DNA of 64,000 nt. Source: Amoebophrya sp. A120 (Eukaryota > Protista > Dinoflagellata). The stretch lies in contig CAJINV010000007.1 in assembly GCA_905178155.1 (NCBI GenBank), positions 3,986,265-4,050,264 of the forward strand. Reading direction: 5' to 3'. Numbering within the stretch: position 1 is the first letter of the stretch; each line of letters begins with the position of its first letter. Position numbers and translations under genes: made by a program. Below are positions 38,731 to 54,700 of this stretch, piece after piece. The notes below the pieces were generated by a model that ran no database searches, was not told the origin of the DNA, and saw only the letters and a list, made by a program, of their open reading frames with translations.

Positions 38731-38892
38731 CAGGTGGCAATCCGTGTGCAGCTTGTAGGGATGCGATCGCCGCCTTCGGTCTTCGGCTGCCTGATCGCGC
38801 TGCTCTCCTCGGGCGCGCGATCAGCTGATGTTTTTTTTTCCTTAGGGATTTCAGTAAGGAAGTGCCACGCGATCGCGCAGATCCGAGCGGCC

Positions 38893-38999
38893 CTGCAAAA
38901 TATTTTGCGTTGCAAAATATTTTGGAGCTGCAAAATATTTCGAGCTGCAAAACATTTCGAGCCGCAAAATATTTCGAGCTGCAAAATATTCCGAGCTGC
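38893..38999. repeat. 17-bp tandem repeat gctgcaaaatatttcga running into the gap
   Basis: About six visible units. Confidence 0.85.
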
Positions 39000-39751
39000 N
39001 NNNNNNNNNNNNNNNNNNNNNNNNNNNNNNNNNNNNNNNNNNNNNNNNNNNNNNNNNNNNNNNNNNNNNNNNNNNNNNNNNNNNNNNNNNNNNNNNNNNN
39101 NNNNNNNNNNNNNNNNNNNNNNNNNNNNNNNNNNNNNNNNNNNNNNNNNNNNNNNNNNNNNNNNNNNNNNNNNNNNNNNNNNNNNNNNNNNNNNNNNNNN
39201 NNNNNNNNNNNNNNNNNNNNNNNNNNNNNNNNNNNNNNNNNNNNNNNNNNNNNNNNNNNNNNNNNNNNNNNNNNNNNNNNNNNNNNNNNNNNNNNNNNNN
39301 NNNNNNNNNNNNNNNNNNNNNNNNNNNNNNNNNNNNNNNNNNNNNNNNNNNNNNNNNNNNNNNNNNNNNNNNNNNNNNNNNNNNNNNNNNNNNNNNNNNN
39401 NNNNNNNNNNNNNNNNNNNNNNNNNNNNNNNNNNNNNNNNNNNNNNNNNNNNNNNNNNNNNNNNNNNNNNNNNNNNNNNNNNNNNNNNNNNNNNNNNNNN
39501 NNNNNNNNNNNNNNNNNNNNNNNNNNNNNNNNNNNNNNNNNNNNNNNNNNNNNNNNNNNNNNNNNNNNNNNNNNNNNNNNNNNNNNNNNNNNNNNNNNNN
39601 NNNNNNNNNNNNNNNNNNNNNNNNNNNNNNNNNNNNNNNNNNNNNNNNNNNNNNNNNNNNNNNNNNNNNNNNNNNNNNNNNNNNNNNNNNNNNNNNNNNN
39701 NNNNNNNNNNNNNNNNNNNNNNNNNNNNNNNNNNNNNNNNNNNNNNNNNNN
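39000..39751. other. Assembly gap (N run)
   Basis: Run of n. Confidence 1.
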
Positions 39752-40889
39752 TTGGCCGTTGGCCGTTGGCCGTTGGCCGTTTGCGATTTGGCCGGTTGCC
39801 GTTGGCCGTTGGGCGGTGGGCGATTTCGCAAATCGCGACAGCTTTCGAAAGTTTCAAAATTGCCAAAAAACTTGCGACGTGGGCGGTTTTCTTTCCCGGC
39901 GCAAAATTTTAACTGCCCCCGCTCAGCAATAGGAGTTATAATTTATTGTTTATTCACATTGAACGCTTGAAAAACCTTTACAAACTTTTGGATTGACAGA
40001 AAACCTGTAAAATGCGCCGTAAATGAACCGGAGGAAATGCAAGGATGCTGTAACTATCTTCATCTTCTCTTGACTCCGTGGTAGACACAAGGACATCCCG
40101 ACATTTGTGTACCAGCATTTGCATCGCGTTCCTGTCCGTAGCTTTCTGAGTGGACATACAACTACGCTCCAGAGTGGCGACTAGAAAAAAATAGGTGAGA
40201 GAAGGATAATGTCGTAGGACCACCAGTACCCACTTTCATCTGAGATGAATGAAGAGTGATACCACGCCTGCAGAGCAGGCACTGTTTAGGCCGATGAGCA
40301 AGAAACATGAGAACGATTAACATGCACACTGTGCTGGCAAGAAGGAATTCTTTCGAATAAAGCACGACCTGTGCACCACCTCCCTGGTTTCTCAGTCTCA
40401 ACTAACAGACGTGATCGACTGCGCCACGACATTACCGGGGAAAGTTCTTCTAGCGGAGCAGATCACGACTCTTTCGCAAATTCTGCCGTGGTGTTTTAAG
40501 TACCTCTTCGCCGCGTATCCGAAGACAACCGCTTCGGAAACGCAAAAACCAAGTCGCCACATTGTCAACGTCAAAGGAAAAAATCGCTCGCAAGTTGCTG
40601 CTGAATTTTCCAAGCGCTAACTGCTTCACGACTTGACCGCGCTGCATAAAGCGCACTTTCCCCGACTCGAGTGGAAACAGCTCCCGTGTGACGACCGCGC
40701 AGCTGTTGGTCGTAGAAGTGACTCAACAACTTTTCGCGTTTTCCTTTTCATCTCATCGAGGAAATAAAATTGCTGTACAACTACAGGACGACTAGAATAA
40801 AACGCGTCGGCATCGTCCTCGCACCGAAACTACAATCCATCGGGTTTTGCACGTCGCAGTTACAGCACACCGGAATCAAAATCCGATAA

Positions 40890-42267
<1,378 letters not shown>

Positions 42268-44900
42268 TCGCGGCACTGCACCGCTCGGAACGTCGGACGG
42301 TGGTCGTGAGCCCACAAAGCGCGCCTTGTATTTGTAGGAAGCTTGTAGCCCCTCTTGCAAATTTTTTATGCACTTGCTCAGTGTTGTATATCATGTCGGC
42401 TCAGATGATTAATATGCTTTTTTCTTTACAAAAAACATGCAGTGAGTCTGAGTCACACGGGCAGCGTTCTTACTCCACTGCTGTTGTTTCTCTTATAGCT
42501 ACTTTGAAGATGAAGACCAAGTAAGTTGCTTTAGGTTCGTTAATGATTGAATATACATTGGATGACTGGTTGAAGATTTATTGCTACTTGCAACAAATTG
42601 GCATATTACGGGGCGGGAGGTGAAATTCAGTCTTCTGCTTGGCAAAAAATCAATATTTATTTTCCGCATCATCATCTTGCTGCTAGGTAAATAGCTGCAG
42701 TTTGTAGTTGCCGCCCAGGTGCTTCCACGTATCGTATCCTCACACGACGAAAAATATGAAACCAGATAAAGTTCTTTATCTGCAAGCACTTCTACAACTT
42801 GTCGACTCATTCCCCTCTGTACGTCCGCTTTATCCCGTTGACAAGTTCTCCTCCTGCTCAATCAGTATAAAATAACCACTGTAAAAATCAGAGACAGAGT
42901 CAAGAAGAAGCTGGATTGACCTTCATCGCCTCGAGGACACCCACGAGAACATGAGTACTATCCCGAAAACATTGCATACGCATCACGCAACGTCGTTCTC
43001 ACTTGTTGGCCGACGTTGTAAAAAAAATTGTAAAATTACCGCCATGCAACAAATGCACAATTGTATTTTAGTACACCTCGTCCGATCCGTATTGAAAGAA
43101 AAAACTGTGTTAGTGTAGGTGTTGGAAAAATCACTACTTTTTTTGATATGCAAAACTAAAAAATTCTCAATCTGCGGCGCAATTAGCGACCTGGTATGTG
43201 TTGACGTTTACAAGGTGAGTTTATGTAGTCAAAACTAGCTACGGCTGCTTCGGTATATGTGAATAGTTAAGGAGGCAGGACTCCAAAAGTCCGAACGCTG
43301 AAAGTATAAGGAGGCCGAAAGTTCCAGAACCCTTGCGCGAACGGCGTTGACTGCAATTCGGGCAGGGAAAACAGAAAAGTGAAAGTGTAGGCAACATCCC
43401 GGAAAAGGGAAAATGACGAGTGTAGCAGAGAAACTCTTCTCCTTGGGGGGGTCAAAAGGACCTCCAGAAATTGCACTACACTCGTTCGGATCTCTTTTCC
43501 AAGATGGCCATTTACACTGATTCTTTTTTCTTTTTATAGGTGGGGATTAGGAAAAAGAAAATTGCGAGTGTAGCATTTTCATTCTCGCGCTGGGGGGGTG
43601 GTCGGGGGGGGGTCGAGAAAGTGCCTCCATTTCAACGCGACCTGAAGAGTTGGCTTTGCGCTTACACTCATAAAATTATCTTTTCTTCCTTCAACTCTTC
43701 GGACTTTTCTCTTCTCAAAATGAAAACGCAACAAGTACCGACATGCAGGAGTACTACGACGATGCCCAGCGGGTTTCGAAGTAGAAACATGAGCCCTGCC
43801 CCCTTAACTAGCTAAAGACAATTATTACCGAAGCAGCCGTTAGCTACTTGTATTCCAAGCACCACAACACAGGCAGCATTAAGAAAACCGGACTTGCCTG
43901 CTTTTAAAAAAGTCTTGAACTTTCGCTATTAAAAAATATCGCACTTTCTGAAATGCCTACACTAACACAGTTTTTTCTTTCAATAATCCGTCACTCCTTT
44001 GGCGACGCGGCGTTTTTATTTCTGTCTCCGACCTGGAGTGCCAGGCAGTGGGATACCTACGGGTTCCACTTGTTGGGCTAGTCGTGAAGATGCTATGACA
44101 GACATCATCACAGTTTATTTGCGTTGATGAAAAGGAGAGAGGGTTCGGGTTGGGAGGGCGGACGCCTGGTGTTGAGTGCTACCATGCGACTAGGACGAGA
44201 AGAAGAAGTCTGTCACTCAGATGAGACTAGACTCCGGCGACAGAAGATAACATGCGTGCTCTCGTCCTCTCTCAAAAGCCTTGAGTTGCGGACGACGTGG
44301 TGAAACGTGCGAGGATTCTCCCATGTGAAGATCTTGCTCGCGGTCGCGGCCAGTGCCGGTTATATTAATCTGGCGCTTCTCTATTCCGAAGAACTTGAGT
44401 TTCGAGAAAACTTTCGGGATGAACAAGAGATTTATTCGGACGAAGTAAGTATATGAAACTCCACTAGAGACTGAGAAGAGCAGCTAGTGACAACTTGTTG
44501 TACTTGATTCTTTTCAATGTATTCGAACTCAGCAACTTCTAGCAAATCCAAGGGCGGTGGAAAGTACAATTCCGGCGGAAAAAACCGCAACAAAGGATCA
44601 TCGTCCTCTAAAGCCGGCAGACAATCGGAACTAAAGGGAGAAAAATCCACCAGTGCCGACAGTATTTTATTTTCTGCATTTGAAAAAATAACTCCAGGAG
44701 GTACTAGAGGTTGCTTTCTGAATTCTGATGACAAAAACGGAACCGATGTCGGGTAATGGTGTTGCTGTATGTACTAGATGTAGAGTCGTGTCAGTTCTTT
44801 TCCTTCTCTCGTCAACTTCTAACATCAAACGATAATATCAGACCGTCGCCGCACTCGCCAAACGCAAGCAGAGCACCGAGGAGAGCAGGAACAAGTAGAT

Positions 44901-47313
44901 TTGTCTGCTATTGGAATAACTGTCCGAAGCAATACCAGTCTCGCTGACCCTCGCACAACGGCCCAGAACGCCAGTCGCATCGTCGACCTTGCGGACAATC
45001 AGCATCAAGAAGCCGGTGCTGGTTCTTCGACTTCGAGTCAGCATTTCTACATCGGCTCGAAATCTCCCGTCGACGACGACAATACCACTTCTATCACCCC
45101 TTCGCCATACTTGGACCAACGCTTTGTACCGAGCAACTTCGCGGAGCAGGACGAAGTCTACCGACTGAGATCCTTCCAAGACGATAACGAGGCACTCCTG
45201 GAAGACAACAGCGACGTCACAAATCCCTCCAGCCCGGGCGTGCGAGCGTTGGCTTCGCATTTCGAGCGTATTTACGAGATCAACCAAAGCGACGCGAACG
45301 CTGCCGAATACTTGCGAAGTAACGCCGCCGGGAACAACAACTACACGAGTGCGTCTTCTGCCAGTGCGACCTCGATTAATATCGGAGGCGCGCCGCCGAT
45401 TCGGCAGGTTTTGGGCAGTTTGAACAAAAGCGCTTCTGCAGTAGTTGCAAGTACTGCTGGTAGGATAAATTCTAGCAGTGCACCGGGCACGGGAAAAAAG
45501 GCTTCGTCGTCTGCAAGTAGGCGTGGAAGCAGAAGTAAGTACGATAATAAAGACGCGGACGACGTCGAGGACTACGATTTCAACAAACCGTCTGAACGGA
45601 GTCTCACCTTCTACAACGTAACAGGCGTCGCTGCAAGGGAGTCGCCAGAACCGACGTCTTCGCCGGTGTATTGGCGGAGCAGGTTAGTAGAATGCTGTCG
45701 ATGAAGATGTGCATTTGTTACTTTATTTTCGTCAGTTTTTTTTTATTTGCGTGAAGAGCAACATCTTGAATGGTGTGCAGCTTTGACCACCATGTTGACG
45801 GGTTTTTTGTCCTCAATAGATGCGAAAGATCAGCTGTGAACATTGTAACCACTACAACAGCCCGACCTCCAGTTCATCGTCCGGCGAGGACAAGCTTAGC
45901 ACCTTGAGCCAGCGCCAGCTCCCGCTGCAGAGCACGATAAAATACAAAGGAACGAAGGAGGGACTGGAAATCATCTCCGTGAAGAACTCGAGCTCTTCGA
46001 AGGACACAGTTTCGCACCACGTGGTGGAAGAGCTGGAGCAAAAATTAGACCAGAGCAGCCTTGTCTTAGACGAGCAGCTGCGAGCAGAAGAAGCAGAAGT
46101 AGAAGAAGTGATCGCGGGGAAAAATTATCGGAACGACGCAGAGCAGGAGCAGCCCCCGTCCTCTGCTTCTACTAGTAGTACAAGAAGAGCAGGGACCACG
46201 TCGAAGAAAGCTGAAACGCCTAAGAAGGCAGCGGCAGCCCCTGATCCTGCACCAAGGTCGGTTGTAGTTGCAAGAAGTGCAACCGCTGACGAGGAGACCA
46301 CGACTGCACCGAGAGGAGCAGCTCCGGAAATCAATAAATCTTACGAAGTAGCACAACCACGTCATCAGATCGCCAGCGGCGCTCCGTCTGTAGGTCGGCG
46401 AACCGCGGAAGAGCGCATCGGGTCTTCAAACTTTGGAAGAAGTCGAAGTGCTGAAGGAAATAATAGTTCTACGAGTACTACTTTTGTAGGAGCAGTTGCG
46501 CCGGGAGGTGCTGCAGCAACTACACGAGCGGCGTCTCTTCACTCTCAGGTTGTCGAGCAAGAGCAGAGCAACGGAAGCAGCAGCAACGACCGTGGGAACA
46601 ACAACACCACGAAAAATCGAACAGCGTCAGCCACAACTTCCTCCGGAGGTGCGGCCCCCGTTTCATCTTCAACAGACGGTGGAGCAACAGGAGCCACCAC
46701 GACATATTTTAATCGGGTCTTGACTCTTACCTCCGCGGCCACTACTTTCTTCTCCTCTGAGAAAGGTGTCGCTTCGCCGACTTTGATCCCTGTCGTGCAG
46801 GGCAAGGTGGTCGCTGAGTTAGTTTCATCGTCCTCTTCGGCTACTAGCAGCAAAGCCAGTAATTCCTCCAGCAGCGGTAGCAGTAGCTCGCCGGGCCCCG
46901 GAGGCGTCGAAAGGAGGTACGAGGCAGGAGGAGCTTCTGGTGCGCACAGTTGTCCTCCTGGCGCCGGGCAGCAAGACGAATCACTAACACAGGGCGCAAC
47001 AAGTTCGCCGTCGTTTCTGGAGCGGCTGAAGCACTTCGCGTACTACGACGCAATAGTTGGGGGCAACAAATCGGCGGCCGGTGGAAAGTATGAATTGCAA
47101 AAGGATTGTACTACTCGTATAAATGGTTCATATACAACATCAACTTTCCTCAGCATGAGAACCGGAATTTGTCATGGTGTTTTACCTTAAGGACAAGATT
47201 TGTCATGCATAATTGCAATTAATACGAGTACGATACAGATACTTTTGCACAGGATAGAACGCAACCCCTGAACCTCATGGTGGCAACGCAGCCGGCGAGA
47301 CACACAAGGGAGG
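44901..47313 (+). CDS. Ser/Thr/Ala-rich low-complexity hypothetical protein; exon structure unresolved, possibly frameshifted
   Basis: ORFs 44901-45704 and 45820-47190 have the same composition as local exons. A GT-AG candidate at 45683-45819 does not join them in frame. One introner at 47089. Confidence 0.45.
47089..47261 (+). mobile_element. Introner, 173 bp (TATCCTGTGCAAAAGTA family, reversed orientation)
   Basis: tatgaattgcaaaagga..tactcgtat / atacgagtacgatac..acttttgcacaggata; DR gaaag/gaacg. Confidence 0.82.
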
Positions 47314-48787
47314 TAAAGACTTTTCTGCTAAAAAAAAAACTCATTTATTTAGGCAATATCTGAATAATTATTTCCTTAGCTATAGGCATGCAGCCTCAGA
47401 CTCAGTACAAAACCAAAACGACAACTGCTTTAGGTGCCTTGGTTAGCAATTTCAGTTCTGCATAACTCAATGCGCTGCACAACGAACAAAAGAAAAACTA
47501 CTGCTCCTGCAACCGTGGATGCTATCATGAAACTCTAGACGTACTTCATAAAACCAACCACCAAAGAACGAAGTAGCAAAGTGATCCGTAAAAAAATTGT
47601 TTACCCACCGCGCAGAGGTACAGGCATGGCGCATATGCTTTCGAAAAGGGCAACGGTTTTTTTAACGTCAGAGTGCATGTACAAGTACGTCATCTTGGCG
47701 CTTACGTCATTCAGTAGACCACTCAATGCGAAGATGAAGAAGGAAGTAGATCTATTGTTAGCTAGTGTAGCTTTTTCTACTCTACTTACTTTCCTCAGAC
47801 GTCTATTTTTCACGCTCTCCTCTTTGCAGAACGAGAACGCCTAGAAACACATTGCAGAAGCACGTGACGATCTAGTATCTACACGGACATGCTTTTTGGA
47901 TCTCAGCCCCTCACTTCATTTCGTCAGGATTTGTAATTCCTACGCAGCGTAGTTCGAGTTTGTTACTAAGACGAAAGCACTTTGGTTGATTTGCATTCAC
48001 TCCAATGGTAATCTACGACAGCTTTGTGGTATGAGAAATTGCCATGAATATGCTTTTCATGTTGTATCAACAGGGCTTGCAGAAGCAAGATTAGCAAATG
48101 GCTTAAGAAAAAATTGAATGGCTGGCTTGTGATAGAGGAAGGACAGGAGGACGTACCTTGCGAAAACGCAAGTAGCCGCATTACTCTCCGAAAGCGTCCT
48201 GGTACCTCTGTCGACAGAGGTTACCTACTGTCTAAAGCATATTCGAAGTAGCATGATTTGATTTATTTCAAGTTGTTGAAGTCGATAATTTGTTCACCCA
48301 AACCCTGTGCCTTCAAGAGTTACAACGAATACAAAAGAAAACTACCTCAACAAATATAGAACTTTTACACGTGCCTACTTTCAAGGACCTTTTTCGCGCA
48401 CACCGTATAGTAATTTTATCAGCACAGCTCTGGCCACGGCAGTCAGTCACTAAGGCTGTTTTTACCCCCCGTTTCCTTTCATTTCGAGCAATACGAAACA
48501 AAAGTTTATACGCTTTATTTGTTCGGACAAAGAAACTGAAACTTCTAAATTTTTATCCCTTCCGCTATTTTCCCCGCATCATCGCAACGGTTGTGGCGGT
48601 TTTCCTGTATCTGTATCTGAGAACGGTGATCACATCCACCCGGCGCAGCATAATTGACCGAAGAAAAGATAAAGAAGTAGAGCAACCGCAGTCGAACGTC
48701 AACACTCAAGAGCTTCACCATCGCCGTTCGCGCAGCGCAACGTCCACGAGGATCTTGCGATTGCGCACGACCGAGAGGAGCAACATC

Positions 48788-51700
48788 ATGGGAAGCAAGA
48801 ATAAAGCGAAGCAAAAGCAAAAGCAAAAGCAAAAGCACAAGCACAAGGGGACCGCTTCGGTTGGCGGAAAAAATGGCGAAAAGAAGGAAACACCAACCGC
48901 AGGTGCTTTGTCTACGACGCCCTCACTTCCTGCCTCGTCGTCGACCGCGGCGTCCAACAAGGAAGCGGAAAGCATTAAACTTTCTGATGGAAACGTAGGT
49001 CTTGTCGAGGGGCAACAAGAAGAGGGTACTAGTACTAGTAGTTCTTCTTGCCCGTCCTCAAGCTCCAAAAGTATGGAGGACGAAGAAGATGTTGAACCAA
49101 GCCAGGCATGCTCCAAGAGCCAGGAGGAGACCACAGCACCTCTCGCTCTCCAGCAAAATCCCGTGGCGAGGAGCGAGAGCGAGGACAGCACGACAGAACA
49201 AGTATCAGGACAGCACCAGGAACACGACCAGCAGGAGGACTTGGTGGAGACGAGTGCTGGAGGGGCTGCACAAGCGGAGGCCATCACTGAAGCTGCCGAA
49301 GAAGCGGAGGAGGTGGATTACATTGAACATCGCGACAAAGAACGTCGAGAAGAACCAGAGCGGCTTGACGGTTCCTTTTTTTCCTGTAGTGAAGACGGTG
49401 AGGATGCCCATGCCACTGAACAAGTTGAGGCAGATCCTGAAAGTCTTCCTGTGCAAGAAGAACTAGATGACACGACTCCTGTTGAAGAGACCAGCTTCGC
49501 CACGCCCACGCCCGAAGAAACGGATATCATCTGCGAGAACAATGATACTACTGAGGAACGACCAATGCTGGGGGTACTAGCACAGCAAGAAGAACGAAGT
49601 CGCCCCCTCGCGCCGCTTGAAGTAGTGGAGCTAGGGGACGAGGAAGACAAAGCGAGTGGCAACAGCCCGGAAGTGGAGCGAGGGCCAGGGGACGAACACG
49701 AAGACAAAGCGAGTGGCAACAACCCGGATGATGTGGAGGTGTACGACCAAGAAGATCTCCTGCCCCCGACGCCGGACGTCGATGCGGAGTGCAGCAGCAG
49801 CCCCGGGGCCAAGGCGGCAGGTTGTACAACTGCGTCGCAAGAAGAAGACGAGGAAAGAGACGCGGACCTTCTGGTCGTGAGCAAGAAGATCCCGCCGGGC
49901 GCTGCGGAGGACATGATCAGCGACAATCACCCTCTTGCTGCGGAGGACTCTTTGCGGACCGCAACTTCGGACGAGAACAAGTGCACCCAGAACATTGAAG
50001 AGCCCGAGGATCTTGTAACCTGCAAGAGCACGGCAGCTGGCACCGGCAAGAAGGACAATATTGAACGTGACCAAGTAGTTCAAGAGCAACAGCAATTTGA
50101 AAAAAAAGCAGATCAAGATAAGAACGATACGGATACTCCCTCGGCCAACACTGCGAGTAACAACCAGGAAAATGAATACAAAACCACTACTGTGTCCTCC
50201 GAAGAAGAACAAGAAGAGGAAGGACATCGTGTATACGAAAACGAAGTGGGCAGCGACTGCGACGTAAATCGCCTTCTCGCGATGCACAAATTGTACGGCC
50301 ACCAGGTGAAGTTTTTTTACAAAAGGAGGGGCGGACCGAACGGGGACACAAAAATTCCCGTGCTTCCAGAAGTCCTTTGGAAGAAATCAAAGCAGAGTTC
50401 TTGTTCTGCTACAACTACTTCCGGGACGGCCGGCGACGAGGACAAGACGAAGACCAACACCGCTGCGCGACATCTTCCAGGCCAGAAGGTCGAACCTCAA
50501 ATAACGGAGTCTGATTCTGAAGCTTTGAATAACCATGCCGCGGTTGTCGTGAACCTCTGGAAAGAAGCTGGCTGGAAGCCGACAAAAAAGGTTATTCTTG
50601 GAAAAGAGAGAAATGCTGCAGATCATGTTGACAACAAGCAGCAGCAAACAAAAATCTACCTTGCTGCAAATGGAAATGCAAATGGAACAAACCCGTCTAC
50701 CTCCACTCCTACGGCCTGCTCTCCCTGCTCCGCTACAACCGAAGACGACCACGACGACGACGACGTCGACCAGCTCGAGCTCTCACTCTCACCGCATAGT
50801 TCTTGTCTGGAGGGAAGTACAACAGAGAATGAAGCGGCCGCAGAGCGGGACGACCCTGAGGACGGGAAAGCGAAAGATGCTAAAGTGCGAGATGAAGAGC
50901 AGGGGGAACAGAAAGAAACAGAGAAACACCTACATACACCTGGACAAGAGCAACTTGCCTTTCAAGATGATGAAGCTGGCCTTCTTCACACAGAGGAGGA
51001 TAGTACTGAGAAGGGTGTAGCTCCTCTCGTGAACAAGAAAGCGACTCATAAACGTAGTGAAGGTGTGCCGACGGTTCCAAATGTTGATGAGGTGAACAAC
51101 ATGAATCAACAAGCTCTACCAAGCTATTTCGAGCTGCCGACCGGGCAGTTACCGCCGTGGTTTCTGGCGTTGCAGTACCGCTCTAACGATCCGGCGGATG
51201 ACGAGGGGTTTGTAGAGGTAGAAGTGGATATGGAAGACAGTGACGACCAGGTGGTGGTTCTGAAGAAGGTGTGTAGCACAACTTCGAGTGAAAATATTAA
51301 GTCTGCGACAGCGAGTACGGTAGAAGATCATGAAGAACTACAAATAACAAGTTGCGAAACAAGCAAGAAGATCAAACTGCGTCCCCGCCGTGGTCCGCTG
51401 TCCACAGTTCCGGAAATGCTCCGGCGGACACTAGCGGAGGTGAAGGAATTTAGGAACTCGATTGTGAAGCGGAAACCGGAAGACCGGCCCCGGGAAGTCG
51501 TCAGCAAGTATGGAAAGGTTATTGTCGAATTGGGTAATTTCATCCGCAAAGAAAAGAACAAGCTACTGGATCTGCACAAAAAAGCGGTGGAGAAAGAGTT
51601 CGGTTACGCCTTTCAACAGGAGGACACCAATCCTGACGTTCTACTTCCCAAGGAGGGAGGAGTGCAGGTGCAGCCGGGGGGCGAAAATACAACTACGGAG

Positions 51701-54700
51701 GTGGAAATGAATGCTGCAGAGGATCTTCGAGCAGGTCGTGCTGGTACTTCTTCGTCTAACACATCAACTACGTCTGCTCTACTGGAAGATGAGGAAGCTC
51801 TTCATGTGACAGCTCTTTTGGATCCTCGCCGCTACGAGCCGCGACATGTGCGTCGCCGGTTGGTGCGCGACATTCCGGAGGCCCACTTGGTGGAGGAACT
51901 CGGGAAGTTGGTGGTGAAGGATTGTACTCGGTGCGCCACGTTGGTAAAGAAATACGACTTGGACCAGCTGTTGGGGCCCCTGAATGTGCGAAAAATATTC
52001 GAGCTGAATCCGCTCTGTTACCTGACCACCGAGACCGGCAAGAAAGGGTGGGAGGAGTTGAAAAAGCAGTATCTTCAAGAGCTTGCTCAGCACGGACCCG
52101 TCGGTTATCAAGTACAGGTCGTTGACTATGGTTCTTTTATTCTTGCGACGCCAGAATTTGATGCCGCGGTCGATGTGATGGAAGATGATCGCAAGAACGG
52201 CACAACAAGCCCGGCGCGAGGGCTCGTGCTGCGCAAAGATGAAACAGAACAGCAAGGATCAAGCTTATCGTCCTCGACTTCATCAAGTTCAACAAAAGAC
52301 GAAATAAAAGAAAAAATCCGCAGCGTAAAAAAAGTATACTGCCTCTCGAAGGTGGACTGCAAGCTGATGCAACTGAAGTTCCCGAACTTTCCTTATGCCA
52401 GTCTCTGCTTGGACGCAGTTCGTGTCAAAGATGTCGACAAAGTAGTGCGCAGCGACGAGGGAAATAATAGAAAGGTCGTCGACGAAGACGAGTTTTTTCC
52501 GGCTGAAAACACGACCTTTCGCTTGGAGGAGTGCACAGGAGCTGAGGAAGAGCTGGCGGACGGTGACGAGGAGTCCGACTTGGTAGACGAACAGCCCGAG
52601 GTGGCGGAGATGGTGTTTGCAGCAGCTGCGGAGCTGGAGTTACACAAGGACCTCTGTTACAGTTACGAAGCGACGGAACAGGTCAGGGAGTCACTGGCTA
52701 AGCTGACGGCAAAAATTACTAGGGCTGTACAAGACGATGAACAAGAAGGAGCGCAAGATGAAGCGGCAGCAGCGGCTCCCGCGCCGGCTGCAGCAGCACC
52801 CCAAAGTAGTAGAACTGCAGTTGTTGCGCAGCATCAACTACCGGAGAAGATCGCGTGGCGTAAGGAAAAGAAAAAAAAGAAGGGACCGGTAGGAGCGGCG
52901 GGCTCCTCTTCTGCAGCTTCTTCTAAAAATGCAGGAGCAGCACCAGCTTCAGCTACAGCTACTTCGGGTGGATCATCATCGGGTACTAGTAGCTCGAGCT
53001 CTAGTGTTGCAGGACCACGTGCGCCGATCGATTTTATGAAGAAGGGGAGCAAGAAAAAGATGATCAACTTTTTTTCCGAGGCCTACTGTGTTCCGAGCTG
53101 GGTGCGGAGAACTCCCGGCACGGCCTTCGCCCGCTACTTTCCAGATTTGTTGTTGCCCGAGGCTGCGCAGGTGCAGCACATCAAGACGGAAAGCCTGAAA
53201 CTGGTCACGGACACGTGGGACGATAATTTTCGCTACGGCACTAGCGAGGACACTCACGACCTTGCGAAGCGCACGCCTCTGACCCCGGAGGCGGTCTGCT
53301 ACCCGGAGAAGGGCCTTGTCACCACCCTGGGGCAAAATCGGGAGTTGGTCGAGCGGTGTCTCCCCCTATCGCAGTGGTCTTCGATTTATGCATTGCAAAA
53401 TCAAAATAAGTATCGTTGTACTATACTTCTAGTATCAATCACTTTACAGTGCTGAAGATTTCTGCTCAAAGGCTGAAACGATAATTTGTCATGCATGATC
53501 GCAACTAGTACGAGTAGGAGTACAACGATCGATGCTTTCGCAGGGCATCCGCTTTACCACAGTGCGGCGCTGAATCTCTTCTGGGACATGTACGGACGAG
53601 ACGGCATGCTCGGAACCAGTAAGTTGACGGTCAAGCAGATGTTTGACATGGCCTGCACAAAAAAGATGAAATCCTACCTCGATTTTGCCTCGACGACGAA
53701 ATTTGAGGTTGACCAATCGTGCCACACGGCGCTGGTGGCCACCTGCGAGCAGACGCTGTACCAGGTTTGCCGGTTTGTACAGCGGACTTTGGTCACCACC
53801 GGACAGAAGCGGACCTTGGCCTTACGGGCAGGTCTGTATAACGAGAACTACGTGCCGAACCCGGTGTGCCTCTATTTTTCGAAAAACGCACTTTTCGCCG
53901 AGGTGAAACTGCGCCTGGCGCTGTGGTTCTTCGACTTTTACGAGAGAACGTTCGGAAAAAAGGCTGCGCAAGACCTGAAAGTCCAGCTACAGGCGAGTTT
54001 GTTGCAAAAATTCTTGACCTACTGTGAGGAGGAGAAACTCAAAGTGCTGAAGCAGGGACGAGGAGGACAAACACCAACCCGTCAAGAGCCCTCAGGCAGC
54101 ACGGATGAGAAAGAAGTAGAAGTCCTCGGGGATCATGAAGAGTTCGACAACTTTCGCAAGGTGGATTTACTTGGTCAAGAAGGCGGAGACGTGGGGAATG
54201 TGAAGCTTTACTTCACAGCGGCGAGTCAGATCAGCTGCAAGAACCCGGCAGACGCGAGGATCAACGCGAAGAACATGACTGGAGCGAGTGCGGGTTGTTT
54301 TTACGTGTGCAAGAAAATAAGTGCTGCAGCAGCAGCACCTACCGGGGCGACAGCTACGTCATCTGTAGACGATGAAACATATCCTGTGCAAAAGTATCGT
54401 ACTACGTAGAAATTTCGTGACAAATAATTACCGCAGCATGAGATTGAGAAAGAAATGCGGATTTGCTTTGAGAAAGAGGCTTGCGTTTGTCTTACATGGG
54501 CGCGATTACTACGAGTACGATACTCTTGCAATTCATAAAACATCGATTGGCGTAACGTCCAATTCTACTATTGCCCCGTCAAGCGGATCAAGAAGTAGCT
54601 CCAGTTCTAGCTCAGGTTCTCCCTCATGTTCATCTTCCTCCTCCTCTTCGTCCAGCGCCTTTTCCGCGTGCACCTCCTCCGCCGCATCGTCGAGCAGCAC

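Larger units (their letters stand above)
37090..39943. mobile_element. Non-autonomous satellite-carrying interspersed element, copy 1 (class unknown, possibly Helitron-like)
   Basis: Shares the left end ctacaaggccgca.cttatgtcgcgcagtggg, a ~0.8-kb GC-rich body and the right end aactgcccccgctcagcaataggagttataatt with 54937-57874; contains several tandem arrays and a gap. Confidence 0.75.

Noticed and set aside
48290-48787. N-terminal extension of the 1721-aa ORF from a TTG start
   Set aside because: The first in-frame ATG is at 48788; the upstream part is AT-rich and looks like 5' UTR/promoter.
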